A stretch of DNA of 64,000 nucleotides from an uncultured candidatus Porisulfidus sp. (GCA_965204575.1 OZ241993.1:1040586-1104585), one strand, 5' to 3'. Shown: positions 1-10,308, counted from the first letter of the stretch. Numbers and translations are program-made. Notes: generated by a model not told the origin, from the letters alone.

Positions 1-1347
1 GAAGAGATGGACCGCCTGGACCGGCGCATGATTCAGCTCAAGATCGAACGCCAGGCCCTGCGCAAGGAGGACGATCCGGCCTCCCGCGAGCGGCTGAAGG
101 TGCTGGAGGAAGAACTGGCGCGCCTGGAGAAGGAGTATGCCGACCTGGAGGAGGTCTGGAAGGCCGAGAAGTCGGCGGTCAGCGATACCGCCCGGCTCAA
201 GAAGGAACTGGACCAGGCGCGGCTCGAAATGGACCGGGCGCGGCGTGAGAACGACCTGGAGCGTGCCGCGGAACTGCAGCACGGGATCATCCCGGACCTT
301 CAGCGCCAGCTGGAGCAGGCACATGACTCGGAGAAGCCGCAGGCGACCCTGTTCCAGGACATCGTCACCGAAGAGGAAATCGCCGAGGTGGTGGCGCGTG
401 CGACCGGCATCCCGGTGTCCCGGATGCTGGAGGGAGAGAAAGAGCGGCTGCTGCGCATGGAGGAGGCGCTGCACCGGCGGGTGGTCGGCCAGGACGAGGC
501 CGTGACCGCGGTCTGCCACGCAATCCGGCGCTCCCGCTCCGGGCTGACCGACCCGGGCCGCCCGATCGGGTCTTTCCTGTTCCTGGGGCCGACCGGTGTG
601 GGCAAGACCGAACTATGCAAGGCGCTGGCGGAATTCCTGTTCGACCAGGAGTCGGCGATGGTGCGCGTGGACATGTCGGAGTTCATGGAAAAGCATTCCG
701 TGGCGCGGTTGATTGGCGCGCCGCCTGGGTACGTGGGCTACGAGGAAGGCGGCCGGTTGACCGAAGCGGTGCGCCGCCGCCCGTTCACGGTGGTCTTGCT
801 CGACGAGATCGAGAAGGCGCACCCGGACGTGTTCAACGTGCTGTTGCAACTGCTCGACGACGGCCGCCTGACGGACGGCCACGGCCGGACCGTAAGTTTT
901 GCCAATGCGGTGGTGGCGATGACCTCCAACCTGGGCAGCGACACGGTGCAGAAGATGGCGCGCGAGTCGCACGAGGACCTGAAGCTTGCCCTGCAGGAGC
1001 GGTTGACGGAGCACTTCCGCCCGGAATTCATCAACCGGATTGACGAGACGCTGGTGTTCCGGGCATTGCAGCGCGAACAGATCCACGAGATCGTCCGCAT
1101 CCAGGTCGAGCGGCTCAAGGAGCGCTTAGCCGAGCGCAACCTGGCGCTGGAGTTGTCGGACGAAGCCGTCGAATTCATCGGCAATGCCGGCTACGACCCG
1201 GACTACGGCGCGCGACCCCTGCGCCGGGTGTTGCGCAACGACCTGGAGAACCCGTTGGCTCAGGCGCTTCTGGAGGGGAAATTCCTGCCCGGCCAGACGG
1301 TGCAGGTGGATTGCGGGAAAGAGGGCCTCCGCCTTATCGCGGCGTAA
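1..1347 (+). CDS. clpB: Chaperone ClpB, C-terminal part (5' end lies outside the window); second AAA+ domain and C-terminal domain
   Basis: The translation has a Walker A motif ([15 protein letters not shown]) and sensor/arginine-finger regions typical of ClpB/Hsp104 NBD2. The open frame runs from base 1 and stops at 1347. Confidence 0.9.
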   Translation, partial: EEMDRLDRRMIQLKIERQALRKEDDPASRERLKVLEEELARLEKEYADLEEVWKAEKSAVSDTARLKKELDQARLEMDRARRENDLERAAELQHGIIPDLQRQLEQAHDSEKPQATLFQDIVTEEEIAEVVARATGIPVSRMLEGEKERLLRMEEALHRRVVGQDEAVTAVCHAIRRSRSGLTDPGRPIGSFLFLGPTGVGKTELCKALAEFLFDQESAMVRVDMSEFMEKHSVARLIGAPPGYVGYEEGGRLTEAVRRRPFTVVLLDEIEKAHPDVFNVLLQLLDDGRLTDGHGRTVSFANAVVAMTSNLGSDTVQKMARESHEDLKLALQERLTEHFRPEFINRIDETLVFRALQREQIHEIVRIQVERLKERLAERNLALELSDEAVEFIGNAGYDPDYGARPLRRVLRNDLENPLAQALLEGKFLPGQTVQVDCGKEGLRLIAA

Positions 1348-1375
1348 CTTTCGCCAGCAGGAATTCCATCAGGAC
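1275..1375. repeat. Direct repeat copy 1 of the clpB-3'/proS-3' junction (about 100 bp); copy 2 is at 2596-2695
   Basis: The last ~70 nt of clpB ([23 protein letters not shown]) recur at 2596-2670 as a degenerate copy ([23 protein letters not shown]). The similarity continues about 25 nt past the stop codon. Confidence 0.8.
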
Positions 1376-1520
1376 ATCCACGAAATGGACGACCTTGTTC
1401 CGCGCAATGGTCGGTAAGACCATCACCTGCAAGGAACCTACGTCACAAATCCGGGCTGAATTTAGGGGGAAGACGCACGAAAATTTGACAGGAATCATTA
1501 GTGGTGCTAGGTTTTGACCC

Positions 1521-1739
1521 ATGCCGGAGCATAAAATTCAAAGGGCTAAATCTTTCCGTTCGGGTTTTCTCGACGGAGTGATCTTTTTGTTAAGAATTAA
1601 TGAAATGGATTCTTTGGAGGAGAGAAGCCGCCGGAGGATTCAAGATTACGATCCCAGTTATTTAAGGGAATCTGGAGATCTCGAACGGATTGGACGCGAT
1701 ATGAGGGAAGCGTTTTCAAATGTAGTAGATGTCCCGTAA
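1521..1739 (+). CDS. Hypothetical small protein in the low-GC islet
   Basis: A 72-aa ORF in the AT-richer inserted segment. No recognisable motif. Confidence 0.25.
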   Translation: MPEHKIQRAKSFRSGFLDGVIFLLRINEMDSLEERSRRRIQDYDPSYLRESGDLERIGRDMREAFSNVVDVP

Positions 1740-1790
1740 AAAGACCAGACGGGAACGAGCAAGTCGTTCGAACTTGTCTCCACAAAAAGA

Positions 1791-2177
1791 GTGCCCCGGC
1801 AAACAAATCCAGCAGAACCCGCCGAACAAGAAAATCAAGCCCTGATTCAGACAGAGAGCAGTTTTTCCGGTCCTTTGCCACATCCGGAACTTTTTGCTCA
1901 ATACGATAAGGTTTTGCCTGGCACGGCTGAACGGATATTAAAAATGACCGAGTCTGAACAGGGGCATCGGCATTCTTTAGTTAGAGCTGTTCTCAAAGGA
2001 GATCAGCGCTATCGACTTTTCGGGATGACATTTGCTTTTCTTATCTGGATGGGAGCCATTGGTGGAGCTATATATCTGATCTCCATTGACAAAGATTGGA
2101 TGGGCGGTTTCATTTTCTTTATTGCCCTGGCAGGAATCGTCCGACAATTTATTCAAGGGAAAAGCCAGAACAAGTGA
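1791..2177 (+). CDS. DUF2335-like membrane protein
   Basis: The N-terminal segment SFSGPLPHPELFAQYDKVLPGTAERILKMTESEQGHRH matches the DUF2335 signature. Two C-terminal hydrophobic helices are present. It lies in the low-GC islet. Confidence 0.6.
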   Translation: MPRQTNPAEPAEQENQALIQTESSFSGPLPHPELFAQYDKVLPGTAERILKMTESEQGHRHSLVRAVLKGDQRYRLFGMTFAFLIWMGAIGGAIYLISIDKDWMGGFIFFIALAGIVRQFIQGKSQNK

Positions 2178-2595
2178 AGAAAAGCAAGGCAGGCATTCCG
2201 ATACCTTCATTTGTCAACTACTCGCTATGATTCCCCTTGTTTTTCAGAAGGTGTGGCTTCCATGTGTGCTAGTTGCCGGGGCAGCCGGATAAGGGAATTT
2301 TTTGATAGGAAATGGAGTTTGGCTGAATAACAAGAGCCAAAGAAATGATGAGAGCCAAATCCCGTCAACCCCGCTCGGGCCCTCTACCTTGGTACCTGCA
2401 TCGGAGGTTGGCATGGTAGGATTTATTCCCGGCAATGAATCCATGGAGTAACCCATGGTTAGAAGACTTAATCCGCCGCCACCGCCACCGCCGTATCCTT
2501 CCAGGCAGAGTTAGTTGCTAATCGGGCTTGACAGCCTTCAATTCCGGAAAAATCGGATCGCTGGGCAAGAAGTGTCTTTTGCCGGACGCTGTCTA

Positions 2596-2695
2596 GGGGA
2601 AATTCCTGCCTGGCCAGACGGTCCAGGTGGATTGCGGAGAAGGGGGCCTGCGCTTCAGTTCGGCGTGATTCTCGCCTGCAGGAACTCCAGCAGTC
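2596..2695. repeat. Direct repeat copy 2 of the clpB-3'/proS-3' junction; overlaps the real proS 3' end
   Basis: See the repeat at 1275-1375; roughly 85% identity. Confidence 0.8.
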
Positions 2696-4373
2696 CGTCT
2701 GCCGTCACATCTTCCGCCTCGTCGAGGTTGCGACGATGCCGGTATTCCAGCCGGCCTTCTTCGAGCGTGCGCGGACTGATGACCACCCGGTGAGGGATGC
2801 CGACCAGGTCGGCTTCGGCAAACATGACCCCCGGGCGCAGGTTGCGGTCGTCGAGCAGGACCTCAATGCCAAGTTCCCTGCATTGCCCATATAGCGTTTC
2901 GGCGGTATCGCGAACCGTATCGTCGCGATCGGCACCGATCGGGCACAGCAGGACGGAAAAGGGTGCCATCGCATCCGGCCAGATGATGCCATGCTCATCG
3001 TGGTTTTGTTCGATGGCGGCGGCCACGATCCGGGTAATGCCGATGCCGTAGCAGCCCATCGTGACGACCTGAGCCTTGCCGTCGGGATCCAGTACGGTGC
3101 AGTCCATGGCCTGACTGTATTTGTTGCCGAGCTGGAAGATGTGGCCGACTTCAATGCCGCGCGCACTGCGTACGGGACCGCTCCCGTCCGGACTCGTTTC
3201 CCCGTCCTCAAGGTTGCGGATATCGCAGATCTGGTCCGGAGTCGCGTCGCGCTCCCAGTTGACGCCGGTGTAGTGCACGCCCTCGCGGTTGGCGCCGCAC
3301 ACGAAATCCGAAAGCACGGCTGCGCTGGCATCGACGTAGAGGGGCAGTTCAAGCCCGGCAGGCCCCAGCGAACCAACCGGGCAACCGAGCTTCTTCTGGA
3401 CTTCCTCTTCATCTGCAAAGCACAACGGGCTTCGGACGCCTTCGATCTTGGCAGCCTTCACCGCATTCAGGCGATGATCGCCGCGCAGGATCAGCGCGAC
3501 CAGCGAGCCTTCCTCCTCACCCTGGACGATCAGGGTCTTGACCGACTGTTCCGGCGGCGTGCCGAGGAACTCCGAGACCTCCTCGATGGTGTGCTGGCCG
3601 GGGGTGTCGACCTCTTTCATTTCCTGGGTCGGCTCGGGACGCGGGGACTCCGGGGCCGGGGCGGGCGCCTGCTCCACGTTGGCCGCGTAATCCGACTGCT
3701 CCGAATACACGATCTCGTCTTCGCCGGAATCCGCCAGTACGTGGAATTCGTGCGACAGGGCACCGCCGATCGCACCCGAATCGGCCCGCACGTATCGATA
3801 TTCGAGCCCCAGGCGGTCGAAGATCCGGCAGTAGGCGAGGCGCATCTCCTCGTAGGTCTCATCCAGGCTGGCCGGGTCGAGATGGAACGAATAGGCGTCC
3901 TTCATCACGAATTCCCGGGCCCGCATCACGCCGAAACGGGGGCGGATCTCGTCCCGGAACTTGGTCTGGATCTGGTAGTAGTTCACCGGCAGCTGGCGGT
4001 AGCTCTTGAGTTCGCGCCGCGCGATGTCGGTGATGACTTCCTCGTGGGTCGGGCCGAAGCAGAATTCCCGTTCGTGGCGGTCGGCGAAGCGCAGCAGTTC
4101 CGGCCCGTACTGCTCCCAGCGCCCGGATTCGTGCCACAATTCCGCCGGTTGCACGGCCGGCATCAGCAATTCCACGGCACCGCTGCGGTCCATTTCCTCG
4201 CGCACGATGGTTTCGACCTTGCGCGCAACCTTCAGGCCGAAGGGCATCCAGCTGTACAGCCCGGCGGCCAGCATCCGGATGAGGCCGGCGCGCAGCATCA
4301 ACTGGTGGCTCACGATCTCGGCATCGGCCGGGGTCTCCTTGAGCGTGGTCAGAGGCAGTCGGGACAGGCGCAT
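2655..4373 (-). CDS. proS: Prolyl-tRNA synthetase
   Basis: 572 aa. Class II aaRS motifs with an editing-domain insertion. Typical bacterial ProS N-terminus ([30 protein letters not shown]). Confidence 0.95.
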   Translation of the reverse strand: MRLSRLPLTTLKETPADAEIVSHQLMLRAGLIRMLAAGLYSWMPFGLKVARKVETIVREEMDRSGAVELLMPAVQPAELWHESGRWEQYGPELLRFADRHEREFCFGPTHEEVITDIARRELKSYRQLPVNYYQIQTKFRDEIRPRFGVMRAREFVMKDAYSFHLDPASLDETYEEMRLAYCRIFDRLGLEYRYVRADSGAIGGALSHEFHVLADSGEDEIVYSEQSDYAANVEQAPAPAPESPRPEPTQEMKEVDTPGQHTIEEVSEFLGTPPEQSVKTLIVQGEEEGSLVALILRGDHRLNAVKAAKIEGVRSPLCFADEEEVQKKLGCPVGSLGPAGLELPLYVDASAAVLSDFVCGANREGVHYTGVNWERDATPDQICDIRNLEDGETSPDGSGPVRSARGIEVGHIFQLGNKYSQAMDCTVLDPDGKAQVVTMGCYGIGITRIVAAAIEQNHDEHGIIWPDAMAPFSVLLCPIGADRDDTVRDTAETLYGQCRELGIEVLLDDRNLRPGVMFAEADLVGIPHRVVISPRTLEEGRLEYRHRRNLDEAEDVTADGLLEFLQARITPN

Positions 4374-4480
4374 GGTCGACGGTCAGGCGCGCCCATCATA
4401 CAGAAACAAAGGCGCCGGGCGGGCAGCGCCACGAATGTCCTGTCGGCTTTCGCTTCGGTGCGGGCTCGCTGAAAATCCGG

Positions 4481-4793
4481 TCACGCAAATGCTTCTCGAT
4501 GCTGTGGCTCTTGCGCCGCATGTTGCCGGCGCGCCTGGGCCAGTTCATAACTCGCCTGCATGCGCATCCAGTGATCGGCAGTTCCCCAGCCGATGTTTTC
4601 CAGTGCGAGTGCCATGTTGGCGGATAATCCCGCCTTGCCGTTCAGCAGGCGCGACAAGGTCCCCCGCTCGCAATGCAGGTGGGCAGCCGTCTCGGTGACA
4701 TTCCAGCCGACTGCTTCAATGTTTTCACGAATCAGTTCGCCCAGATGCGGTGGATTCAGCATCGGGCGGGCGCGTTTGCTGTCGTTTCTGTTC
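4481..4793 (-). CDS. XRE-family HTH protein, HigA-like antitoxin/regulator (orphan)
   Basis: 104 aa with an HTH (LGELIRENIEAVGWNVTETAAHLHCERGTLSRLLNG) typical of HigA. An ATG at 4793 is preceded by a GGAG-like SD. No HigB-like partner is found upstream. Confidence 0.65.
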
Positions 4794-4984
4794 ATGGATT
4801 CTGCCCCTTCCCGTTTTGTGGCGTCGATCTGGTCATTCCCGGTCGTCACGGAGGTATTGTGGCGTGTCGTGCCATGTGCTGCAACCCGCGGGCACTTTCG
4901 AGGGTGGGACATGGCGGAGATCGGATACGCCCGCGCAACATCCGCGGTGTATACTTGCAGGAATCCCATGAGCGCGTACCCGCG

Positions 4985-5896
4985 ATGTCCGACCGCCGCC
5001 TGAAAGCCTTCTACACGGTGGCCCGGCTGCTGAGTTTTACCAAGGCGGCCAAAGTCCTGCACCTGACCCAGCCGGCGGTGACGTTCCAGATCCGGCAGTT
5101 GGAGGATTACTACAAGACGCGTCTGTTCGACCGGACGCACAATCGCATCACGCTGACCGAATCCGGCGCCAAGGTGTACGAGTACGCGCGCCAGATCTTC
5201 GAGTTGTACAACGAACTGGAAACCGAGATGAACCGCATCGCCGGCGACCTGACCGGGCCGGTCACGGTCGGCGCCAGCAACACCATCGCGGTGTACATGC
5301 TGCCGCGGATGCTGCGCGAGTTCCGCACCCACCACCCGGAAATGGTATTGCGCCTGAAGGTCTCGAACACCGAAGGGGTGGCGACGATGGTGGAGAGCGG
5401 CACGGCCGACCTCGGCATCGTGGAAGGGCCGGTGAGCGACAAGGCCTTGCTGGTGGAGATGTGCAAGATGGACGAACTGGTGGCGATCGCGCCGCCCAGG
5501 CACCCGCTCCTGCACAGCGCGCCGGTGCGCATCAGCCAGGTGCTGCAGCACCCGTTCGTCATGCGCGAGGAAGGGTCCGGGACCCGCAAGGTCATCATGA
5601 ACTACCTGGAAAACCAGCGCATCGGCGTCGACCGCATCGACATCGTGATGGAACTCGGCGGCCTGGAGGCGATCAAGGCCGCGGTGGAGTCCGGCATGGG
5701 CGTGTCAATCCTCTCGCGCGAGACCATCCACAAGGAGTTGCAGCTGCGCACCCTGAGTTGCGCGTCCCTGACCCCGGCGCTGACCCGCCAGCTGTCCCTG
5801 GTCAGCCTGCGCCAGCCGCACCGCCCCCCGACCGTGGAAGCCCTGCGGGACTTCGCCATGGATTTCTACGCCGCCGTGCCGGAGGCAGCCGCGTGA
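4985..5896 (+). CDS. LysR-family transcriptional regulator
   Basis: An N-terminal HTH (LKAFYTVARLLSFTKAAKVLHLTQPAVTFQIRQLE) followed by a LysR substrate-binding domain. ATG at 4985. Divergent from the HigA-like gene. Confidence 0.85.
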   Translation: MSDRRLKAFYTVARLLSFTKAAKVLHLTQPAVTFQIRQLEDYYKTRLFDRTHNRITLTESGAKVYEYARQIFELYNELETEMNRIAGDLTGPVTVGASNTIAVYMLPRMLREFRTHHPEMVLRLKVSNTEGVATMVESGTADLGIVEGPVSDKALLVEMCKMDELVAIAPPRHPLLHSAPVRISQVLQHPFVMREEGSGTRKVIMNYLENQRIGVDRIDIVMELGGLEAIKAAVESGMGVSILSRETIHKELQLRTLSCASLTPALTRQLSLVSLRQPHRPPTVEALRDFAMDFYAAVPEAAA

Positions 5897-6948
5897 TCAA
5901 GGTGTTCCGCGAATGGTACGGGCGGCATTTCACGGACCCGCAGCAGGTCACCCTGCTGTTGCTGATCGGCCTGGGGCTGGCCCTGGCCCTGTTCATCGGC
6001 GACATCCTGGCGCCGCTTCTGGTCAGCGTCCTTCTGGCCTACATCCTCGAAGGGCTGATCCGCACGCTGGAGGAGGCCCGGATCCCGCGGTTGTTCTCCT
6101 TCCTCCTGGTCTACGTCCTGTTCGTGGCGGTCCTGTTGCTGTTGCTGCTGCGCCTGGTGCCGGTGCTGTCGGAACAGATCGTGGATCTCGCGGCGCGGCT
6201 GCCGAGCATGGTCGCGGCGGGGCAGCGTTGGGTCGAGTCGCTCCCGGACCTTTACCCGGAACTGGTCAGCCCGACCCAGGTGGAACAGATCCTGACGGCG
6301 GTGCGGGTGGAAGTGCTGGCGTTCGCGGACGAGATCATCCGCTTTTCCCTGGACACGGTGGTGGACGTGCTGTCGATCGTGGTGTACACGGTCGTCGTGC
6401 CGATCCTGGTGTTCTTCCTGCTCAAGGACAAGCGGCGGATCCTGGACTGGGCCAAGACCTACCTGCCGGCACCGCAGTCGCTCAGTTCCCGGGTCTGGGG
6501 CGAAATGGACCTGAAGGTGTCGCAGTACCTCCGCGGCAAGCTGATCGAGATCGGGGTGGTCTGGGTCGCGACGTTCTTCGCGTTCGCGCTGTTCGGCCTG
6601 CAGTATGCGCTGCTGCTGTCGTTCCTGGTCGGACTGTCGGTCATCATCCCGTACGTGGGCGCGGTGGTGGTGACGGTCCCGGTGATGCTGGTTGCCGCCT
6701 TCCAGTGGGGCCTGAGCCCGGAGTTCGCCTACCTGATGCTGGCCTACCTCGTGATCCAGTTCCTGGACGGAAACCTTCTGGTGCCGCTGCTGTTCTCGGA
6801 GGCGGTCGACCTCCATCCGGCCGCCATCCTGACCGCGATCCTGGTGTTCGGCGGGTTCTGGGGCGTATGGGGCGTGCTGTTCGCCATCCCCTTGGCTTCG
6901 CTGATCGACGTGGTGCTGCGCAGTTGGCCGCGCGCCGCGCCGGACTAG
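5893..6948 (+). CDS. AI-2E family transporter (PerM/YdiK-like permease)
   Basis: A multi-pass membrane protein with the AI-2E pattern. The GTG start overlaps the LysR stop (GTGA). Confidence 0.75.
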   Translation: MIKVFREWYGRHFTDPQQVTLLLLIGLGLALALFIGDILAPLLVSVLLAYILEGLIRTLEEARIPRLFSFLLVYVLFVAVLLLLLLRLVPVLSEQIVDLAARLPSMVAAGQRWVESLPDLYPELVSPTQVEQILTAVRVEVLAFADEIIRFSLDTVVDVLSIVVYTVVVPILVFFLLKDKRRILDWAKTYLPAPQSLSSRVWGEMDLKVSQYLRGKLIEIGVVWVATFFAFALFGLQYALLLSFLVGLSVIIPYVGAVVVTVPVMLVAAFQWGLSPEFAYLMLAYLVIQFLDGNLLVPLLFSEAVDLHPAAILTAILVFGGFWGVWGVLFAIPLASLIDVVLRSWPRAAPD

Positions 6949-6955
6949 GGAAGAA

Positions 6956-7438
6956 TCAGGCTTTCGACAGGTCGGCGACTGCCGCCAGCACTTCCGCCGC
7001 GTGTTCGGGCACCCGGACCTTGCGCCAGACGCGGCGCACGACGCCCTCCGGGTCGATCAGGAAGGTGCTGCGCTCGATGCCGCGGACTTTCCGCCCGTAC
7101 ATGTTCTTCATCTTGATGACGTCGTAGCGCTTGCAGGCGACCTCGTCCGGGTCGGAGAGGAGCTGGAACGGGAACTTGTGCTTGGACTTGAAGTTCTCAT
7201 GCATCTTGAGCGTGTCGCGGGAGATGCCGAAGACGACGGTCCGGCGCCGGCGGAAGCGCGGGTACAGGTCGCGGAAATCCTGGCCCTCGGCGGTGCAGCC
7301 GGGCGTGTTGTCCTTGGGATAGAAGTACACCACCACGGGGCGGCCACGGAGTTCGGACAGACGCACGGGCTTGCCGCCCGTCGCCACCAGTTCGAAGTCT
7401 GGAGCCTTGTTGCCTTCCGCAACCGGTTTCCGCGCCAT
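6956..7438 (-). CDS. bcp: Thiol peroxidase Bcp (peroxiredoxin Q, AhpC/TSA family)
   Basis: The peroxidatic Cys sits in the PKDNTPGCT motif. 160 aa. Confidence 0.9.
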   Translation of the reverse strand: MARKPVAEGNKAPDFELVATGGKPVRLSELRGRPVVVYFYPKDNTPGCTAEGQDFRDLYPRFRRRRTVVFGISRDTLKMHENFKSKHKFPFQLLSDPDEVACKRYDVIKMKNMYGRKVRGIERSTFLIDPEGVVRRVWRKVRVPEHAAEVLAAVADLSKA

Positions 7439-7554
7439 TTTCTACGAATGACTTCAGAATTAAGGAGATTTCAGCATAGCATATTCGGGAGTGCGCCCCG
7501 AAGGGGGGTGAGGCAGCGATTTCGAGGGCTGCCGCCTCCAAGTCACCCTGTCGC

Positions 7555-7887
7555 CTACTCCAGGATCGCGGCAAGACGGGCGAGCACGTCGTTCATGATG
7601 GATTCAGGAACGGTGTCGACACATCTTCCTTTCCGGGCACCGAGGTCAAGTGCGCGAGGCTGGTCGCAGCGGATTACCCCGGTTGTCCGGGTATCCGCGC
7701 CCTCCAGGGAAACCGCGAAGCCGCGCCTGCGCGCAAATCCTCCACCCGTGGCGATGGGCAGAACGACGGGGATCCCGGTGAGATGGTTGAAAGGGGCGGG
7801 AGAGACGATCAGGACGGGTCGGGTTCCCTGCTGTTCATGGCCCGCGGTGGGATCAAGGCTGACGAGCCAGATGTCGCCTCGCTCCAC
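7555..7887 (-). CDS. Type II toxin, PemK/MazF family endoribonuclease
   Basis: 110 aa. GDIWLVSLDPTAGHEQQGTRPVLIVS is typical of MazF/PemK. Confidence 0.85.
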   Translation of the reverse strand: MERGDIWLVSLDPTAGHEQQGTRPVLIVSPAPFNHLTGIPVVLPIATGGGFARRRGFAVSLEGADTRTTGVIRCDQPRALDLGARKGRCVDTVPESIMNDVLARLAAILE

Positions 7888-8144
7888 TACAGCAACTCGC
7901 GGCCGACCGGCTTCGCCTCAACCCAGGCGCGGTCTTTGGCAGAAGTGGGAGCGGTCTCGTCGCATTGCCCCAGGAGGTCATCAAGCGAATAACGGGGGCG
8001 TGCCTCGGGCTCAATCACCAGACGGCCATCCTGGACGTCGATCTCCACCTTGGCTCCGGCTCCAAGTTTCAGGAGGTCGAGAATGGCGGGAGGGACTGCG
8101 AGCATGATGGAACCGCCGACCTTCCGCAGGTTTGTCGAGTGCAT
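7887..8144 (-). CDS. Type II antitoxin, PemI/MazE family (AbrB/SpoVT fold)
   Basis: MHSTNLRKVGGSIMLAVPPAILDLLKLGAGAKVEIDVQDGRLVIEP resembles PemI. Its stop overlaps the start of the toxin gene. Confidence 0.8.
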   Translation of the reverse strand: MHSTNLRKVGGSIMLAVPPAILDLLKLGAGAKVEIDVQDGRLVIEPEARPRYSLDDLLGQCDETAPTSAKDRAWVEAKPVGRELL

Positions 8145-8293
8145 GAATGCCTCCATTAGTTATATATAAATATAACAAATGCAGGATCGAAACACCAGCC
8201 GCAGACCTTGTGTCTAGAAAGCATATCGGCGGGTTCGACGGGATTATTGGCGGGGTTAAGTTAAACTGTAAAGGCGTATCCACCGGCTCTCGC

Positions 8294-9178
8294 ATGACGA
8301 CTTTTCAAGGCAGCATGGTTGCCATGGCAACCCCCATGAGTGCATCAGGGGAGGTGGACTATGCGGCACTGTCCGCGCTGGTGGACTTCCATCTGGAGCA
8401 GGGCAGCGATGCGCTGGTTCCGGTCGGCACGACGGGAGAATCGGCGACCTTGAGCGTGGAAGAGCACCACGAGGTGATCCGCCGCGTGGTGAAGCAGGTG
8501 AATGGGCGGATTCCGGTCATCGCGGGCACCGGCGCCAACGCCACCACCGAGGCCATCGAACTGACCCGCTACGCCCACGAGGCTGGAGCCGATGCCTGCC
8601 TGCTGGTGACCCCGTACTACAACAAGCCGACCCAAGAGGGTCTGTACCGGCATTACCGGGCCATTGCCGGGGCCGTGCCGATTCCGCAGATCCTGTATAA
8701 CGTCCCGGGCCGGACGGCCTGCGACATGCTGCCGGAGACGGTGGCACGACTGTCCGAGCTGGGGTCGATCATCGGCATCAAGGAGGCGACCGGCGACCTG
8801 GAGCGAATCCGGCGTTTGCGCGAGTTGTGCGACGATGCGTTCATAATCATTAGCGGAGACGACGAGACATCCATGGAAACGCTGTTCAACGGAGGCCGGG
8901 GAGTGATCACGGTGACAGGGAATGTGGCGCCCAGACTGATGCACGAGATGTGCCAGGCGGCGCTGGACGGAGACGAAGAAACGGCGCGGGCCTGCAACGG
9001 CAAGCTGGAGCGCCTCCATCGGGACCTGTTCGTCGAATCCAACCCGATCCCGGTCAAGTGGTGCCTGAACCGGATGGGGTTGATTCCGGAGGGCATCCGG
9101 TTGCCGCTGACCCCGCTTTCGGAAGCGCACCACGAGACCCTGTGTGCCGCCATGCGTGCGGCGGAGGTGCTGGAATGA
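8294..9178 (+). CDS. dapA: 4-hydroxy-tetrahydrodipicolinate synthase
   Basis: ATPMSASGEVDYAALSALVDFHLEQGSDALVPVGTTGESATLSVEEH is the DapA signature. ATG at 8294. Confidence 0.93.
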   Translation: MTTFQGSMVAMATPMSASGEVDYAALSALVDFHLEQGSDALVPVGTTGESATLSVEEHHEVIRRVVKQVNGRIPVIAGTGANATTEAIELTRYAHEAGADACLLVTPYYNKPTQEGLYRHYRAIAGAVPIPQILYNVPGRTACDMLPETVARLSELGSIIGIKEATGDLERIRRLRELCDDAFIIISGDDETSMETLFNGGRGVITVTGNVAPRLMHEMCQAALDGDEETARACNGKLERLHRDLFVESNPIPVKWCLNRMGLIPEGIRLPLTPLSEAHHETLCAAMRAAEVLE

Positions 9179-10266
9179 AGCGCTGGCTGTGGGCGGGTTG
9201 CCTGGCGGGCATGCTCGCGGGTTGCGGGGACGAGCCTTTGACCGTCGAGGAACTGGTCGGCGAGGCGGCGGACGTGTTCGAATCCGACTGGTTCGGGGGC
9301 GAGGAAGAGTATGGCGCCAGCCAGTCGACGGAAGCGCTCAGGGTGCCGCCGCAGTTGTCCCTGCCGGATACCAGCAAGCAGTTGATCATCCCGGAGTTCG
9401 GCGGGGTCAGCGCCAAGAAGACCGACCGGGGCCAGGCCGCGGTGTTGCCGAGCTTCCTGGAAATGAAGGTGCGCCGGGAGGGCAATGTGCGCTGGCTGGA
9501 AGTGGGTTCGGACCCGGTCACCTTGTGGCCGCACCTGCGCGCGTTCTGGGAAGACCAGGGGTTCGAGCTGGCCCAGGAGGCGCCGCTGGTCGGTTTGCTG
9601 GAGACGCGGTGGCGCGAGAAGGCGGATGACGTCCGGGCCTTGGAAGCGGAGGGCGGCAGCCCTTATTACGCGGCATCCCGCGAGAAGTTTCGGCTGCGGA
9701 TGGAGCGCGAGCCGAATGCCTACGCCAACGTGTTCATCACGCGTCAGAAGTTGGAAGTGGCGGGCGTGGGTGACAACAATTCGGTGGTCTGGAAGCCCGG
9801 GCGGCCGGATCCGGAACGGGAAGCCGAGATGCTGATTCGCCTGATGGAATACCTGGGCGCGTCGCGGATGGAGGGCGTCGCCACCTTGGAGGAAGAGGAG
9901 GTGGAGGAGACCGTCGGTCTTGATCTGCAGTATGTCGGCGGCATTCCGGTGCTGATGGTGGAGGACGAATACAGCAGCGTATGGCGCCAGGTCGGCGTGG
10001 CTCTGGAACGCTCGGGGCTGTACGTGGTCGACTCTGATCGCGGCCAAGGCACCTACGTGTTCCGCTACCGGAGCGGGGATTCCGCCGACGGAAAAGACGT
10101 CCTGCTGGAAGTGCACCTCTTGGCGCGCGAGGAAAACCTGACGCTGCTGACGGTGCACCGGCACAAATCGAAGCAACCCGTCCGCAAGGAACTGACCCGC
10201 AGCGTGTTGCGCTCGATCCTGGCCGCATACGCGCTGGTGCCCCGCGCCACGGCCGACGCGAAATAA
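9175..10266 (+). CDS. bamC: Outer membrane protein assembly factor BamC (NlpB) lipoprotein
   Basis: Lipoprotein signal peptide with lipobox (MKRWLWAGCLAGMLAGCG). Conserved position immediately after dapA. The start overlaps the dapA stop (ATGA). Confidence 0.8.
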   Translation: MKRWLWAGCLAGMLAGCGDEPLTVEELVGEAADVFESDWFGGEEEYGASQSTEALRVPPQLSLPDTSKQLIIPEFGGVSAKKTDRGQAAVLPSFLEMKVRREGNVRWLEVGSDPVTLWPHLRAFWEDQGFELAQEAPLVGLLETRWREKADDVRALEAEGGSPYYAASREKFRLRMEREPNAYANVFITRQKLEVAGVGDNNSVVWKPGRPDPEREAEMLIRLMEYLGASRMEGVATLEEEEVEETVGLDLQYVGGIPVLMVEDEYSSVWRQVGVALERSGLYVVDSDRGQGTYVFRYRSGDSADGKDVLLEVHLLAREENLTLLTVHRHKSKQPVRKELTRSVLRSILAAYALVPRATADAK

Positions 10267-10280
10267 TCCAGTTTTAGGAT

Positions 10281-10308
10281 CGCGGTCCGGCCGGAAGCCG
10301 GGCCGCGG
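10281..10308. terminator. GC-rich hairpin between the convergent bamC and folE2 genes (possible bidirectional terminator)
   Basis: cgcggtccggccggaagccgggccgcg forms a stem of about 10 bp. No clear U-tract follows. Confidence 0.3.

Noticed and set aside
2991-4472. A 493-aa plus-strand ORF antisense to proS. Similar long antisense or out-of-frame ORFs occur at 11243-13915, 8653-10176, 5866-6816, 32006-33649, 33574-35574, 36422-37333, 37764-38903, 46185-48593, 49360-51267, 52744-54501 and 58253-61078.
   Set aside because: They lie opposite or out of frame to strongly supported genes, and their translations are low-complexity Arg/Pro/Gly/Ala-rich with no motifs. This is the expected artefact of about 68% GC, where stop codons are rare in all frames.
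5461-5895. The 5' extension of the AI-2E transporter ORF (MQDGRTGGDRAAQ...) and the 5' extensions of the lysR, dapA, bamC, aceF, pheT, era and lepB ORFs as listed in the track.
   Set aside because: The extensions overlap the preceding gene in another frame and are low-complexity. Conserved N-termini and ATGA/GTGA coupling point to the internal starts that were used.
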